A stretch of DNA of 39,733 nucleotides from the IMG/VR virus record IMGVR_UViG_3300045988_046012, positions 1-39,733 of that record; one strand, written 5' to 3'. Made by a program: the position numbers and the translations under genes. Every line of letters begins with the position of its first letter. Positions within the stretch are counted from its first letter, which is position 1. Shown here in pieces: positions 21,121 through 29,377 of this stretch. The notes beneath the pieces were generated by a model that did not search any database, was not told where the DNA came from, and saw only the letters and a list, made by a program, of their open reading frames with translations. This stretch comes from a virus.

Positions 21121-22348
21121 CGCAAAGCAAAAGCAGATTCTGGCTTTCCCGTACTCAAAATATGACGCGCTGATATGTGATGGCGCTGTTCGATCCGGCA
21201 AAACATCCGTAATGATATGGGCTTTTGTGGATTGGGCTATGCGAGAGTTTGACGGGCAGCGATTCGGGGTCTGCGGTAAAACTGTGGATTCTGCCTCTAA
21301 AAATATCATTGTGCCCTTTATCTCTATGACGTTGGCTAAAGAGCGGTATGCGCTCAAATGGCGGAGAGCTGACCGGATATTAGAGGTAAGACGGGGCCAG
21401 CGCGTCAACTATTTTGAGGTGTTTGGTGGCAAGGATGAAAGCTCGTTTATGTTGATTCAGGGCCGGACGATGGCCGGAGTGTTGCTGGACGAGGTGGCAC
21501 TTATGCCGCAGAGTTTTGTTAATCAGGCTCTTACCCGGTGCTCCGTAGATGGGGCACGGTATTGGTTTAGCTGCAACCCTTCCAACCCGCAACACTGGTT
21601 TTACCTGGATTGGATACAAAATCACGACAAGCATAACGCCCTGTATCTGCGGTTTGCAATGACCGATAACCCTAGCCTTAGTGATAAGACACTGCAGCGG
21701 TATCAGACCATGTACACCGGCGTGTTTTATGACCGGTATATCAGGGGCTTATGGGTGGCCGCTGAGGGGCTGATCTATGATATGTTCGGGGGCGATAACA
21801 TCACGGACGAGACCCCGACAAATGGCGAATGGTATATAAGCTGCGACTACGGCACGCTTAACCCATTTTCTGCTGGCCTTTGGTGCTGGGACGGGAAAAC
21901 CGCAACGAGAGTGCGGGAATACTACTATTCGGGGCGGGAAAACCGCATGAATAAGACGGATGAGGAATATTACCATGAAATGGAGACCTTGGCGGGAGAA
22001 CAAAACATACGCGCAGTCGTGGTCGACCCCTCGGCGGCTAGCTTTATCGAGACGATACGGCGGCACAGACGCTTCAACGTCCGAAAGGCGGTCAATGATG
22101 TTGTGCCAGGAATCACAACCACTCAGCGATACCTAGCAGATGGCACGATCAAGATACACCGGAGCTGCAAGGATGCAATCCGGGAGTTTGGCCTATATCG
22201 GTGGGACGAGAAAGCCACCGATGACAAGCCCATCAAGGAGAACGACCACGCGATGGACGATATCCGCTATTTTACAATGACAATTCTCCGGCACAAAGTG
22301 GGAAAGCCGGAATACAAGCCGCTTTGGAACGGAGGGATAGGCCATTAA
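21113..22348 (+). CDS. terL: Terminase large subunit (PBSX / Terminase_3-like)
   Basis: Walker A GAVRSGKT, Walker B LLDE, C-terminal nuclease-type acidic motifs (HAMDDIRY). Confidence 0.9.
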   Translation: MISAKQKQILAFPYSKYDALICDGAVRSGKTSVMIWAFVDWAMREFDGQRFGVCGKTVDSASKNIIVPFISMTLAKERYALKWRRADRILEVRRGQRVNYFEVFGGKDESSFMLIQGRTMAGVLLDEVALMPQSFVNQALTRCSVDGARYWFSCNPSNPQHWFYLDWIQNHDKHNALYLRFAMTDNPSLSDKTLQRYQTMYTGVFYDRYIRGLWVAAEGLIYDMFGGDNITDETPTNGEWYISCDYGTLNPFSAGLWCWDGKTATRVREYYYSGRENRMNKTDEEYYHEMETLAGEQNIRAVVVDPSAASFIETIRRHRRFNVRKAVNDVVPGITTTQRYLADGTIKIHRSCKDAIREFGLYRWDEKATDDKPIKENDHAMDDIRYFTMTILRHKVGKPEYKPLWNGGIGH

Positions 22349-22361
22349 GACATATCAGGAT

Positions 22362-23702
22362 TTGCTTGCAGTGGGCGACAACGAAAAAGAGCGGATGCGA
22401 TTTATCCGGGCGGCAATTGACGAGCATAAAAGCAGCGCTGAGTACCGGATCGCATTTGATGCGGAAGAATATGACCGGCAGCGGAATGTGACCATTTGCC
22501 GGTACCAGAAGTTTCTGTATACGCTGTCCGGGCAGGCTGTGCCGGACAACTACAGCGCCAATTACAAGCTGGCCTCCAACTTTTTCAACCGGTTTGTCAC
22601 CCAGGAGAACCAATACCTCTTGGGAAATGGCGTGATGCTGGAGGACAGGAAACACAAAGAGGCGCTGGGTCAGGATTTTGACAACAAGCTGCAAAACATG
22701 GGGCGGAATGCACTGGTACAGGGCGTGAGCTTTGGTCTTTGGAACCTGGATCATCTGGATGTGTTCAAACTGACGGAGTTTGTGCCGCTCTATGACGAGG
22801 AGACCGGTGCGCTAATGGCTGGAATCCGCTTTTGGCAGATTGACGCAGATAAGCCGCTTCGGGCTGTCCTCTATGAGACGGATGGGTATACCGACTATGT
22901 CAGACCCAAAAATGATGATATGCGGATCAAAAGGGAGAAGCAATCATACAAGCTGATACGTCAAAAGTCGGAGGCCTGCGCGGAGGAAGTCTTGCACGGC
23001 GAAAACTACCCAGGGTTCCCCATCGTCCCAATGTGGGGCAACCCACACCATCAAAGTGAGCTTGTGGGCCTGCGGCAGAGTATTGACGCTTACGACCTGA
23101 TAAAATCCGGCTTTGCCAATGACCTTGACGATGCTGCGACGATCTACTGGATCATCAACAATGCCGGTGGAATGGATGATCTGGACATGGCGCAGTTTTT
23201 GGAGCGGCTAAAAACTGTAAAAGCCGCCGCGCTTAATGCGGATGATGGAGTGTCGGCGGAAGCGCACACCATCGAGGTGCCGTATGAGAGTCGGGTGGCG
23301 TACCTACAGAGGCTGGAGAGCGACATGTACAAGGACTACCAGGCGTTGGATGTTACTAACCTGGTAGGCGGCGAAAAGACTACCGTGGAGATCAAGGCGG
23401 CGTATCAGCCGCTTGATAACAAAGCGGATCAGTTTGAATACTGCGTGCTGGATTTTCTCCAGCGGCTGTTTGAGATCGTTGGGATTGATGACAACCCGGC
23501 TTTCCAGCGCAATCAGATTGCCAATCTCTCTGAGCAGACCCAAATGGTGCTGATGGCGGCGGAATATTTGGATGAAGAAATGCTGCTCAAAAAGCTGCCA
23601 TGGCTGACCGCCGAGGAAATCGAGGATATGCAGAAACGAAAAGCGGCTGATGAAGCAGGCCGCATTATTGCAGGGCCGGTGATTGACGATGGCAACAGCT
23701 GA
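22362..23702 (+). CDS. Portal protein (SPP1 gp6-like)
   Basis: 446 aa, directly after terL. Start uncertain: TTG 22362, or ATT 22344 behind GGAGGG. Confidence 0.85.
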   Translation: MLAVGDNEKERMRFIRAAIDEHKSSAEYRIAFDAEEYDRQRNVTICRYQKFLYTLSGQAVPDNYSANYKLASNFFNRFVTQENQYLLGNGVMLEDRKHKEALGQDFDNKLQNMGRNALVQGVSFGLWNLDHLDVFKLTEFVPLYDEETGALMAGIRFWQIDADKPLRAVLYETDGYTDYVRPKNDDMRIKREKQSYKLIRQKSEACAEEVLHGENYPGFPIVPMWGNPHHQSELVGLRQSIDAYDLIKSGFANDLDDAATIYWIINNAGGMDDLDMAQFLERLKTVKAAALNADDGVSAEAHTIEVPYESRVAYLQRLESDMYKDYQALDVTNLVGGEKTTVEIKAAYQPLDNKADQFEYCVLDFLQRLFEIVGIDDNPAFQRNQIANLSEQTQMVLMAAEYLDEEMLLKKLPWLTAEEIEDMQKRKAADEAGRIIAGPVIDDGNS

Positions 23703-24690
23703 TCTAGGGCATAAATTAGCGGATCAGGAGCTTGCGAAACTCGAACAGCGGATATCTCAAGCGTATGGCGATGCGGCTGCGGAGCTATCAGAAACCATTG
23801 GTGCTTATTTTGAATCGTTCCGGCAACGGGACGAAGAAATGAAAAAGATGCTCCAACGTGGCGAGATCACCAAAGCGCACTATAACCAGTGGCGGTTAAA
23901 CCAGATTGGGCGCGGCGAACGCTATAAGCAGCTGCGTGATAAGATCGCCGAGCGTATGACCGACGCGACGGAGACTGCGACCAGCTATATTAACGATGTA
24001 ACCCCTGGCATATACAGTCTCAACCGTAACTGGACGGCATACGAAATTGAAAAGGTTGCCGGGAACGCAGATTTTACGCTCTGGAATGAGCAGGCTGTAA
24101 AAAGGCTCATAAAAGACAACCCCGACATGCTGCTGTATTACCCAGGAGACATAGCGATAAAATACGGGGATCACATCAAATGGATCCGCGAATGCGTCGG
24201 GAAGGCGATAACAAGTGCCATTTTGCAGGGCAAGAGCATCACTAAGATTGCAAACGAGCTACAGCAGAAGATTCCCGGCCTTAACAGGAGATTTGCAATA
24301 GGGACGGCCAGGACTGCAATAACCAATGCTCAGAATGCAGGGCGGCAGGATCAATATCTGCTTGCAAAGCAAATGGGAATTAAAGTCCGGAAGCGCTGGT
24401 TTGCGACGCTGGACGGGCGAACCCGCCATGCTCACGCCATGGCGGATGGTCAGACGGTTGACGTTGATGCAGATTTTGACGTTGACGGCTATAAAATGGC
24501 ATATCCAGGAGATAGGCGTGCGCCCGGTTATTTGCTCTATAATTGCCGCTGCACCATGCGGACGGTTGAGCCGGAAGGCATAGAGGCAGAGTCAAGGCAG
24601 CGAGTAGCCAAAGACCCGGAGACCGGAAGAAACATCTTGATCTCCGATATGACATACCAAGAGTGGCTGAGATGGAAGGAGGGGCAATAA
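23689..24690 (+). CDS. Head morphogenesis protein (SPP1 gp7 / Mu F-like)
   Basis: Follows the portal gene; C-terminal motif LYNCRCTM is typical of the family. Confidence 0.8.
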   Translation: MATADLGHKLADQELAKLEQRISQAYGDAAAELSETIGAYFESFRQRDEEMKKMLQRGEITKAHYNQWRLNQIGRGERYKQLRDKIAERMTDATETATSYINDVTPGIYSLNRNWTAYEIEKVAGNADFTLWNEQAVKRLIKDNPDMLLYYPGDIAIKYGDHIKWIRECVGKAITSAILQGKSITKIANELQQKIPGLNRRFAIGTARTAITNAQNAGRQDQYLLAKQMGIKVRKRWFATLDGRTRHAHAMADGQTVDVDADFDVDGYKMAYPGDRRAPGYLLYNCRCTMRTVEPEGIEAESRQRVAKDPETGRNILISDMTYQEWLRWKEGQ

Positions 24691-25091
24691 TGGCGGAGGT
24701 TACAATCACTAGCCATGCGGCTGAAACACTATTTGCGCTCCGCTCGGCGTGCAACCGTGCCTTGGAGCGCTGCGGCATGCAGGCTGATGGGTATGCACAA
24801 GCTGCGTGCCCTGTAGATACCGGCGCGCTTAGAAACTCCATTACTCATAAGGTCGTGGACAGTGAGAAGTCGGTATACGTTGGCACCAACCAGGAATACG
24901 GCGTATATGTTGAGATGGGAACCGGCAAATACGTTTCTGGCGGCAGGCCCACGCCATGGGCATACCAGGATGCACAGGGACGGTGGCACATGACGCATGG
25001 CCAACGCGCACAGCCGTACATCAAGCCCGCTGTGGCTGACCATATCGGCACATATCAAAATATCATCAAGGATGCGATGCAGAGTGGATGA
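24690..25091 (+). CDS. HK97 gp10-like tail/neck component
   Basis: GGAAGGAGGGG upstream of ATG 24690; motif CPVDTGALRNSI. Confidence 0.7.
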   Translation: MAEVTITSHAAETLFALRSACNRALERCGMQADGYAQAACPVDTGALRNSITHKVVDSEKSVYVGTNQEYGVYVEMGTGKYVSGGRPTPWAYQDAQGRWHMTHGQRAQPYIKPAVADHIGTYQNIIKDAMQSG

Positions 25092-25215
25092 TAAGATCAT
25101 CGAGGCAATCCAGGCAATTATCAGGCGCGGCAATGACGTGGAGATACGCCGGAAGGGCAACGGCTATGTCGTGCTAGAGGTAAAAAAGACAATCAAATAT
25201 ACGACTTCCGCGTAA
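25072..25215 (+). CDS. Small hypothetical protein
   Basis: Part of ORF 24997..25215; weak SD; start 25072 or GTG 25084. Confidence 0.35.
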   Translation: MRCRVDDKIIEAIQAIIRRGNDVEIRRKGNGYVVLEVKKTIKYTTSA

Positions 25216-25238
25216 TTGGGCGCGGGAAAGGGCAATAG

Positions 25239-25279
25239 GAGCCAACTACTAAGGATTTTTTAGTGGTTGGCTCTTTTTT
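25239..25279 (+). terminator. Rho-independent terminator inside the structural region
   Basis: gagccaactacta (25239-25251) pairs with tagtggttggctc (25261-25273, one G-U), then T6. Confidence 0.75.
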
Positions 25280-25364
25280 ATTTGGCAAAATCCGCGAAGC
25301 AATGCGGTTTTGATATCACAGTCGCCCCCGAAGAAATGGGGCCGAAGAAAAGGAGACTGAAACA

Positions 25365-25979
25365 ATGGCACTCACCAGAAAATTGCTCAAAGGAATGGGT
25401 CTCACCGAGGAACAGATGGACACCATCATTGAGGCACACACTGATACCGTGGACGGCCTGAAAACTCAGGTTGCTACCTATAAGGCCGATGCGGAGAAGC
25501 TGCCTGGCGTCCAAAAGGAGCTGGATGACCTCAAGGCAATAGGCGATGGCGGTTACAAGGAGAAGTACGATAAGGAGCACAGCGCCTTTGAGACTTACAA
25601 ATCCGAAATCGCCAAGAAGGAGACCAAAAGCGCCAAGGAATCGGCGGTAAAGGCTTACTACGAGAGCAAAGGTATCACCGGCAACGGCCTGGAGATTGCT
25701 ATGCGCGGCTCTAATGTGGAGATTGAAGCGGTAGAGCTGGAGGATGGCAAGATCAAGGACACGGCAGCTCTTGACGCTCTGGTAAGCGGCACCTTCAAGG
25801 GGCTGGTTTCCACCACTACCACCACCGGGGCAAACACAGCGGCACCCCCGGCAAACTCTGGCGGCATCAAGACCCGGGCAGATATCTACGCCAAGGATGA
25901 CAAGGGCAGATATATCATGTCCACACTGGAGCGCCAGAAAGCGCTTGCCGAATCTATGGCAAGCGAAAGCAACGCCTAA
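25365..25979 (+). CDS. Scaffolding protein
   Basis: AAGGAG upstream; helical, charged, 204 aa, immediately before the capsid gene. Confidence 0.75.
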   Translation: MALTRKLLKGMGLTEEQMDTIIEAHTDTVDGLKTQVATYKADAEKLPGVQKELDDLKAIGDGGYKEKYDKEHSAFETYKSEIAKKETKSAKESAVKAYYESKGITGNGLEIAMRGSNVEIEAVELEDGKIKDTAALDALVSGTFKGLVSTTTTTGANTAAPPANSGGIKTRADIYAKDDKGRYIMSTLERQKALAESMASESNA

Positions 25980-25999
25980 ACAATGAAAGGAGCTAATTT

Positions 26000-26911
26000 A
26001 TGGCTGCAAAAACTAATGTAACCACTAGCACGCAGTATACCACCACTGCTCGTGAGGTGGATTTTGTCACTCGCTTTGCCGACAACTGGGATGCACTCAG
26101 CAAGATTCTTGGCATCGTCCGGCCCATCCGGAAGACTCCCGGCACTAAGCTGGTATCCTACAAGGCCAGCGTTGACGGCACCCTGAATGGCGGCACAACC
26201 GTCGCTGAGGGCGACGAGATCCCCTTTACCAAAATGAAGGTGGAGCCTGTCTCCTATGGAGATATCGAAGTTGCCAAGTACGCCAAGAGCGTGACCATCG
26301 AGAGCGTCGCCAAGTACGGTGCACAGGTGGCAGTGGAAAAGACTGATGACGCTTTCTTAGTGGCGCTCCAGAATAAGGTGCTGGGCGATTTTTACACATT
26401 CCTGGGCACTGGCTCCCTGACCTTGACCCCTGCTACGTGGCAGGCCGCGCTTGCAAAGGCAAAGGGCAAGGTGCTGGACAAGTTTTCCGGCATGGATAAG
26501 GACGTGACCGAGGTTATCGGGTTTGCCAACATCATGGATTTCTACGACTATCTGGGCGACAAGGAAATCACCACTCAGACCGCTTTCGGCCTGACTTATG
26601 TCCAGAATTTCCTCGGGTACAGCACCCTTTTCCTCCTGCCTGATAAGTACGTGGCCCCCACTAAGGTCATTGCCACCCCGATTGAGAACATCGACCTGTA
26701 CTACGTCGACCCCGCAGACAGCGATTTTGCCAAGCTGGGCCTGAACTACACCGTAAAGGGCGAAACCAACCTGATCGGCGTACACGTTGAGGGCGACTAT
26801 TCCCGGGCGACCGGTGATATGTACGCCATCATGGGGATGAAACTGTGGGCAGAGTATCTGGACGGTATTGCTGTAGCAACTGTCACCCCAGCTACTAAGG
26901 CTGGCACTTAA
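26000..26911 (+). CDS. Major capsid protein
   Basis: 303 aa after the scaffolding gene; AAGGAG upstream. Confidence 0.8.
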   Translation: MAAKTNVTTSTQYTTTAREVDFVTRFADNWDALSKILGIVRPIRKTPGTKLVSYKASVDGTLNGGTTVAEGDEIPFTKMKVEPVSYGDIEVAKYAKSVTIESVAKYGAQVAVEKTDDAFLVALQNKVLGDFYTFLGTGSLTLTPATWQAALAKAKGKVLDKFSGMDKDVTEVIGFANIMDFYDYLGDKEITTQTAFGLTYVQNFLGYSTLFLLPDKYVAPTKVIATPIENIDLYYVDPADSDFAKLGLNYTVKGETNLIGVHVEGDYSRATGDMYAIMGMKLWAEYLDGIAVATVTPATKAGT

Positions 26912-26929
26912 AGCAAAGGAGGCAACGCA

Positions 26930-27433
26930 ATGCTGGAAGAAATCCTGAGAACCTGTAACAACTGGTTTTTGGTGCCGGGCGGCATCCATACCGGTACGTT
27001 TTCCGTCGAGGGTGGCAGCATTGCGTTGCCATTTTTGGCAGATGGCCAGTATTTCAGGGTTGTAGGCTCTGTTTTTAATGACGGCGTTTATCAGTATCCA
27101 CCCTCTGTGGTGGAACTGGTGGACGAAACGTTTGACGGCGCTATCTGGGCGCTTGCTATCCCCAAATCTGTTGTTGATTTGTCGGAGCGGGTACAGAAGT
27201 GGAACGAAAAATACCGGGCCACAGCTGCCGGGCCGTATCAGTCCGAGAGCTTTGGCGGCTACAGCTACTCCAAGGCGACTGACCCAAAGACCGGTGGGAC
27301 AGCGACATGGAAAACTGCATTTGCTGACGAGCTTTCCCGGTGGCGTAAAATCGGAAATCCGGCAAAGGATGTGCCAAAGCAGAGCGCCACATGGTATCGC
27401 AGGCCCTATAACCCGGACTGTCCGTGGAGGTGA
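26930..27433 (+). CDS. Head-tail connector protein
   Basis: Position after the capsid gene; AAGGAGG upstream. Confidence 0.65.
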   Translation: MLEEILRTCNNWFLVPGGIHTGTFSVEGGSIALPFLADGQYFRVVGSVFNDGVYQYPPSVVELVDETFDGAIWALAIPKSVVDLSERVQKWNEKYRATAAGPYQSESFGGYSYSKATDPKTGGTATWKTAFADELSRWRKIGNPAKDVPKQSATWYRRPYNPDCPWR

Positions 27434-27437
27434 TAAT

Positions 27438-27788
27438 ATGAGCCTGCTGGATGATTTCGGTCGTAAATGCTGCCTGATGGAAAAACGCCGAACCCCGGAC
27501 GGCGCTGGAGGCTGGGATGTGCAATGGGCGGAGGGCGCAGAGTTTGTCAATTACCAGGCCCTGGACACGTCCATGGAGGCCAGGAGAGCGGAAAAAGAGG
27601 GAGTAACTTCCGTGTATTCCGCCCTGGTTAAAAAATCTCTGCCCATCGAGTACAACGACGCATTTAAGGATTTAACTACCGGTACCACATACCGGGTTAC
27701 CTCCAAACCGGAGGACAAGGCGGCCCCAGCTAGTGCAAGCTTTGACCTTAAATTCTTCACTGCGGAGAGGTGGGCGCTGACCTCATGA
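27438..27788 (+). CDS. Head-closure / head-tail adaptor protein
   Basis: GGAGG before ATG 27438 (internal Met of ORF 27078..27788). Confidence 0.65.
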   Translation: MSLLDDFGRKCCLMEKRRTPDGAGGWDVQWAEGAEFVNYQALDTSMEARRAEKEGVTSVYSALVKKSLPIEYNDAFKDLTTGTTYRVTSKPEDKAAPASASFDLKFFTAERWALTS

Positions 27789-28153
27789 CAAAGGACAAGG
27801 CGCTATATGCGTGGTTTAACGAGTTCATGCCGTTTTACCCGGCATCATCGGTGCCGGATGATGTGATTTTCCCATACGGCACATACACCCTTGCTACCGG
27901 GGCTTTTGGGGCCGACCCGGTAAGCCTTACCGTCAACCTCTGGTTTTATACGGAGTCTGAGGCGGCGCCAAACCAAAAGGCGCAGGAGCTTTCTGAGCGC
28001 ATCGGGAGAGGTGGAGTGCTGATCCCGTGTGATGGCGGTGCGGTATGGCTTAAACGCGGCTCCCCGTGGTGCCAGAGTCTTGTAGACGAGGCAGACCACG
28101 GCATTAAGCGACGCTACATTAACATTACTGCTGAGTATTTTACTCAGGATTAA
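27785..28153 (+). CDS. Tail completion protein
   Basis: ATGA overlap at 27785; located before the major tail protein gene. Confidence 0.6.
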   Translation: MTKDKALYAWFNEFMPFYPASSVPDDVIFPYGTYTLATGAFGADPVSLTVNLWFYTESEAAPNQKAQELSERIGRGGVLIPCDGGAVWLKRGSPWCQSLVDEADHGIKRRYINITAEYFTQD

Positions 28154-28162
28154 GGAGGACAT

Positions 28163-28744
28163 ATGAGCAAATTTACTGTGATCCCTGAGAACACATTTTC
28201 TGAGTTGCAGCTCAACGCTGGTGTGCTGCTTAAGAAGTTCACCCCGGCAACCGCCGCCGCTCCTGCTGACGAGGACATCATCTGCGCGACTACAGGCGGC
28301 ATTACCGTGAGCTGCACCCCGACATTTTCTGACCTTGGCGAGGACGTCGACAACTGCCCTAAAAATACCAAGGAGCTCAAACATCTTGATGGTTGGGAAT
28401 GCAAGATGTCCACAACTGCACTGGGCACAAGCCCGGCAAACATTAAGCTCTCTCTCGGTTGCGCAGATGTCGATGGTACGGACACCACCAAGATTGTACC
28501 TCGAGTAGATTTGGCGCAGAGCGATTTCAGCGACATCTGGTGGGTTGGTGACCGTGCGGATGGCGGCCTGGTTGCAATCCAGCTCAAAAATGCACTTTCC
28601 ACTGGAGGTTTCTCCCTCAAAACCACCGACAACGGAAAGGGCCAGATCACCGTGGAGCTTACCGGTCATGTATCCATCAGCAAGCAGAGCGAGGTGCCTA
28701 TGGTATTTTATAGCGCCGCGGCTGCACCGGGCATCGGAGGTTAA
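28163..28744 (+). CDS. Major tail protein
   Basis: AAGGAGG upstream; 193 aa, upstream of the chaperone pair and tape measure. Confidence 0.75.
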   Translation: MSKFTVIPENTFSELQLNAGVLLKKFTPATAAAPADEDIICATTGGITVSCTPTFSDLGEDVDNCPKNTKELKHLDGWECKMSTTALGTSPANIKLSLGCADVDGTDTTKIVPRVDLAQSDFSDIWWVGDRADGGLVAIQLKNALSTGGFSLKTTDNGKGQITVELTGHVSISKQSEVPMVFYSAAAAPGIGG

Positions 28745-28747
28745 AAA

Positions 28748-29131
28748 ATGAAACTGTCTGAGTATCGCGGTGATGATGCACTGGAAGTCCTGGCGGAGTT
28801 GATTGAGCCCGCCGTGGAAATCCTTGCTGATGCTGACATTGCCGCCGCGTGGCGGGACAAAAACCCCAATAAAACTAGAGGGCAGAAGCAGCTGAAAGCC
28901 GTGTCTATTGCGATTAAAAAGCATAAAGAAGCGGTGATTGCCATTCTCGCCGCGCTGGATCACGAGACCCCGGACGAGTACCGGGAGAAAATCAATGTTG
29001 TGACGCTGCCGAAAAAGCTGCTGGAAGTGCTCAACGACAAGGATTTGCGCAATTTTTTTACCTCGCAGGAGCAGACCAAGGACGAACCCTCTGGCTCTGC
29101 TTCGGCGAGTACCGAGGTATCCGGACAGTAA
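28748..29131 (+). CDS. Tail assembly chaperone (G-like)
   Basis: Acidic 127 aa before the tape measure gene; contains a T7 slippery run near the 3' end. Confidence 0.8.
   Translation: MKLSEYRGDDALEVLAELIEPAVEILADADIAAAWRDKNPNKTRGQKQLKAVSIAIKKHKEAVIAILAALDHETPDEYREKINVVTLPKKLLEVLNDKDLRNFFTSQEQTKDEPSGSASASTEVSGQ
29053..29059 (+). promoter_or_regulatory. Programmed -1 frameshift site T TTT TTT giving a G-T fusion chaperone (28748..29391)
   Basis: AAT TTT TTT ACC in the zero frame; the -1 frame is open from the slip site through 29391 (checked codon by codon). Confidence 0.7.
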
Positions 29132-29377
29132 AAGCGTTTTTGGGCTATGCCGCCGCGTGTTATCGTCGCGACTGCGACAGACTGCGGTATCAGTGCTATG
29201 TCACCGACACCATTAAGATGATCGCAGAAAACACGGCAAAATACGCTGGCGGCATGGCCCCTTCTAAGCGGTATGCTGATCTCGTCTACCCCGCGCCCGT
29301 TGAAACTCGCAGCGCTGGAGAAATAATTGACAACATCTGCGCAAAACTAGACGCGATGGGAAAGGAGGCTAGAGCTT

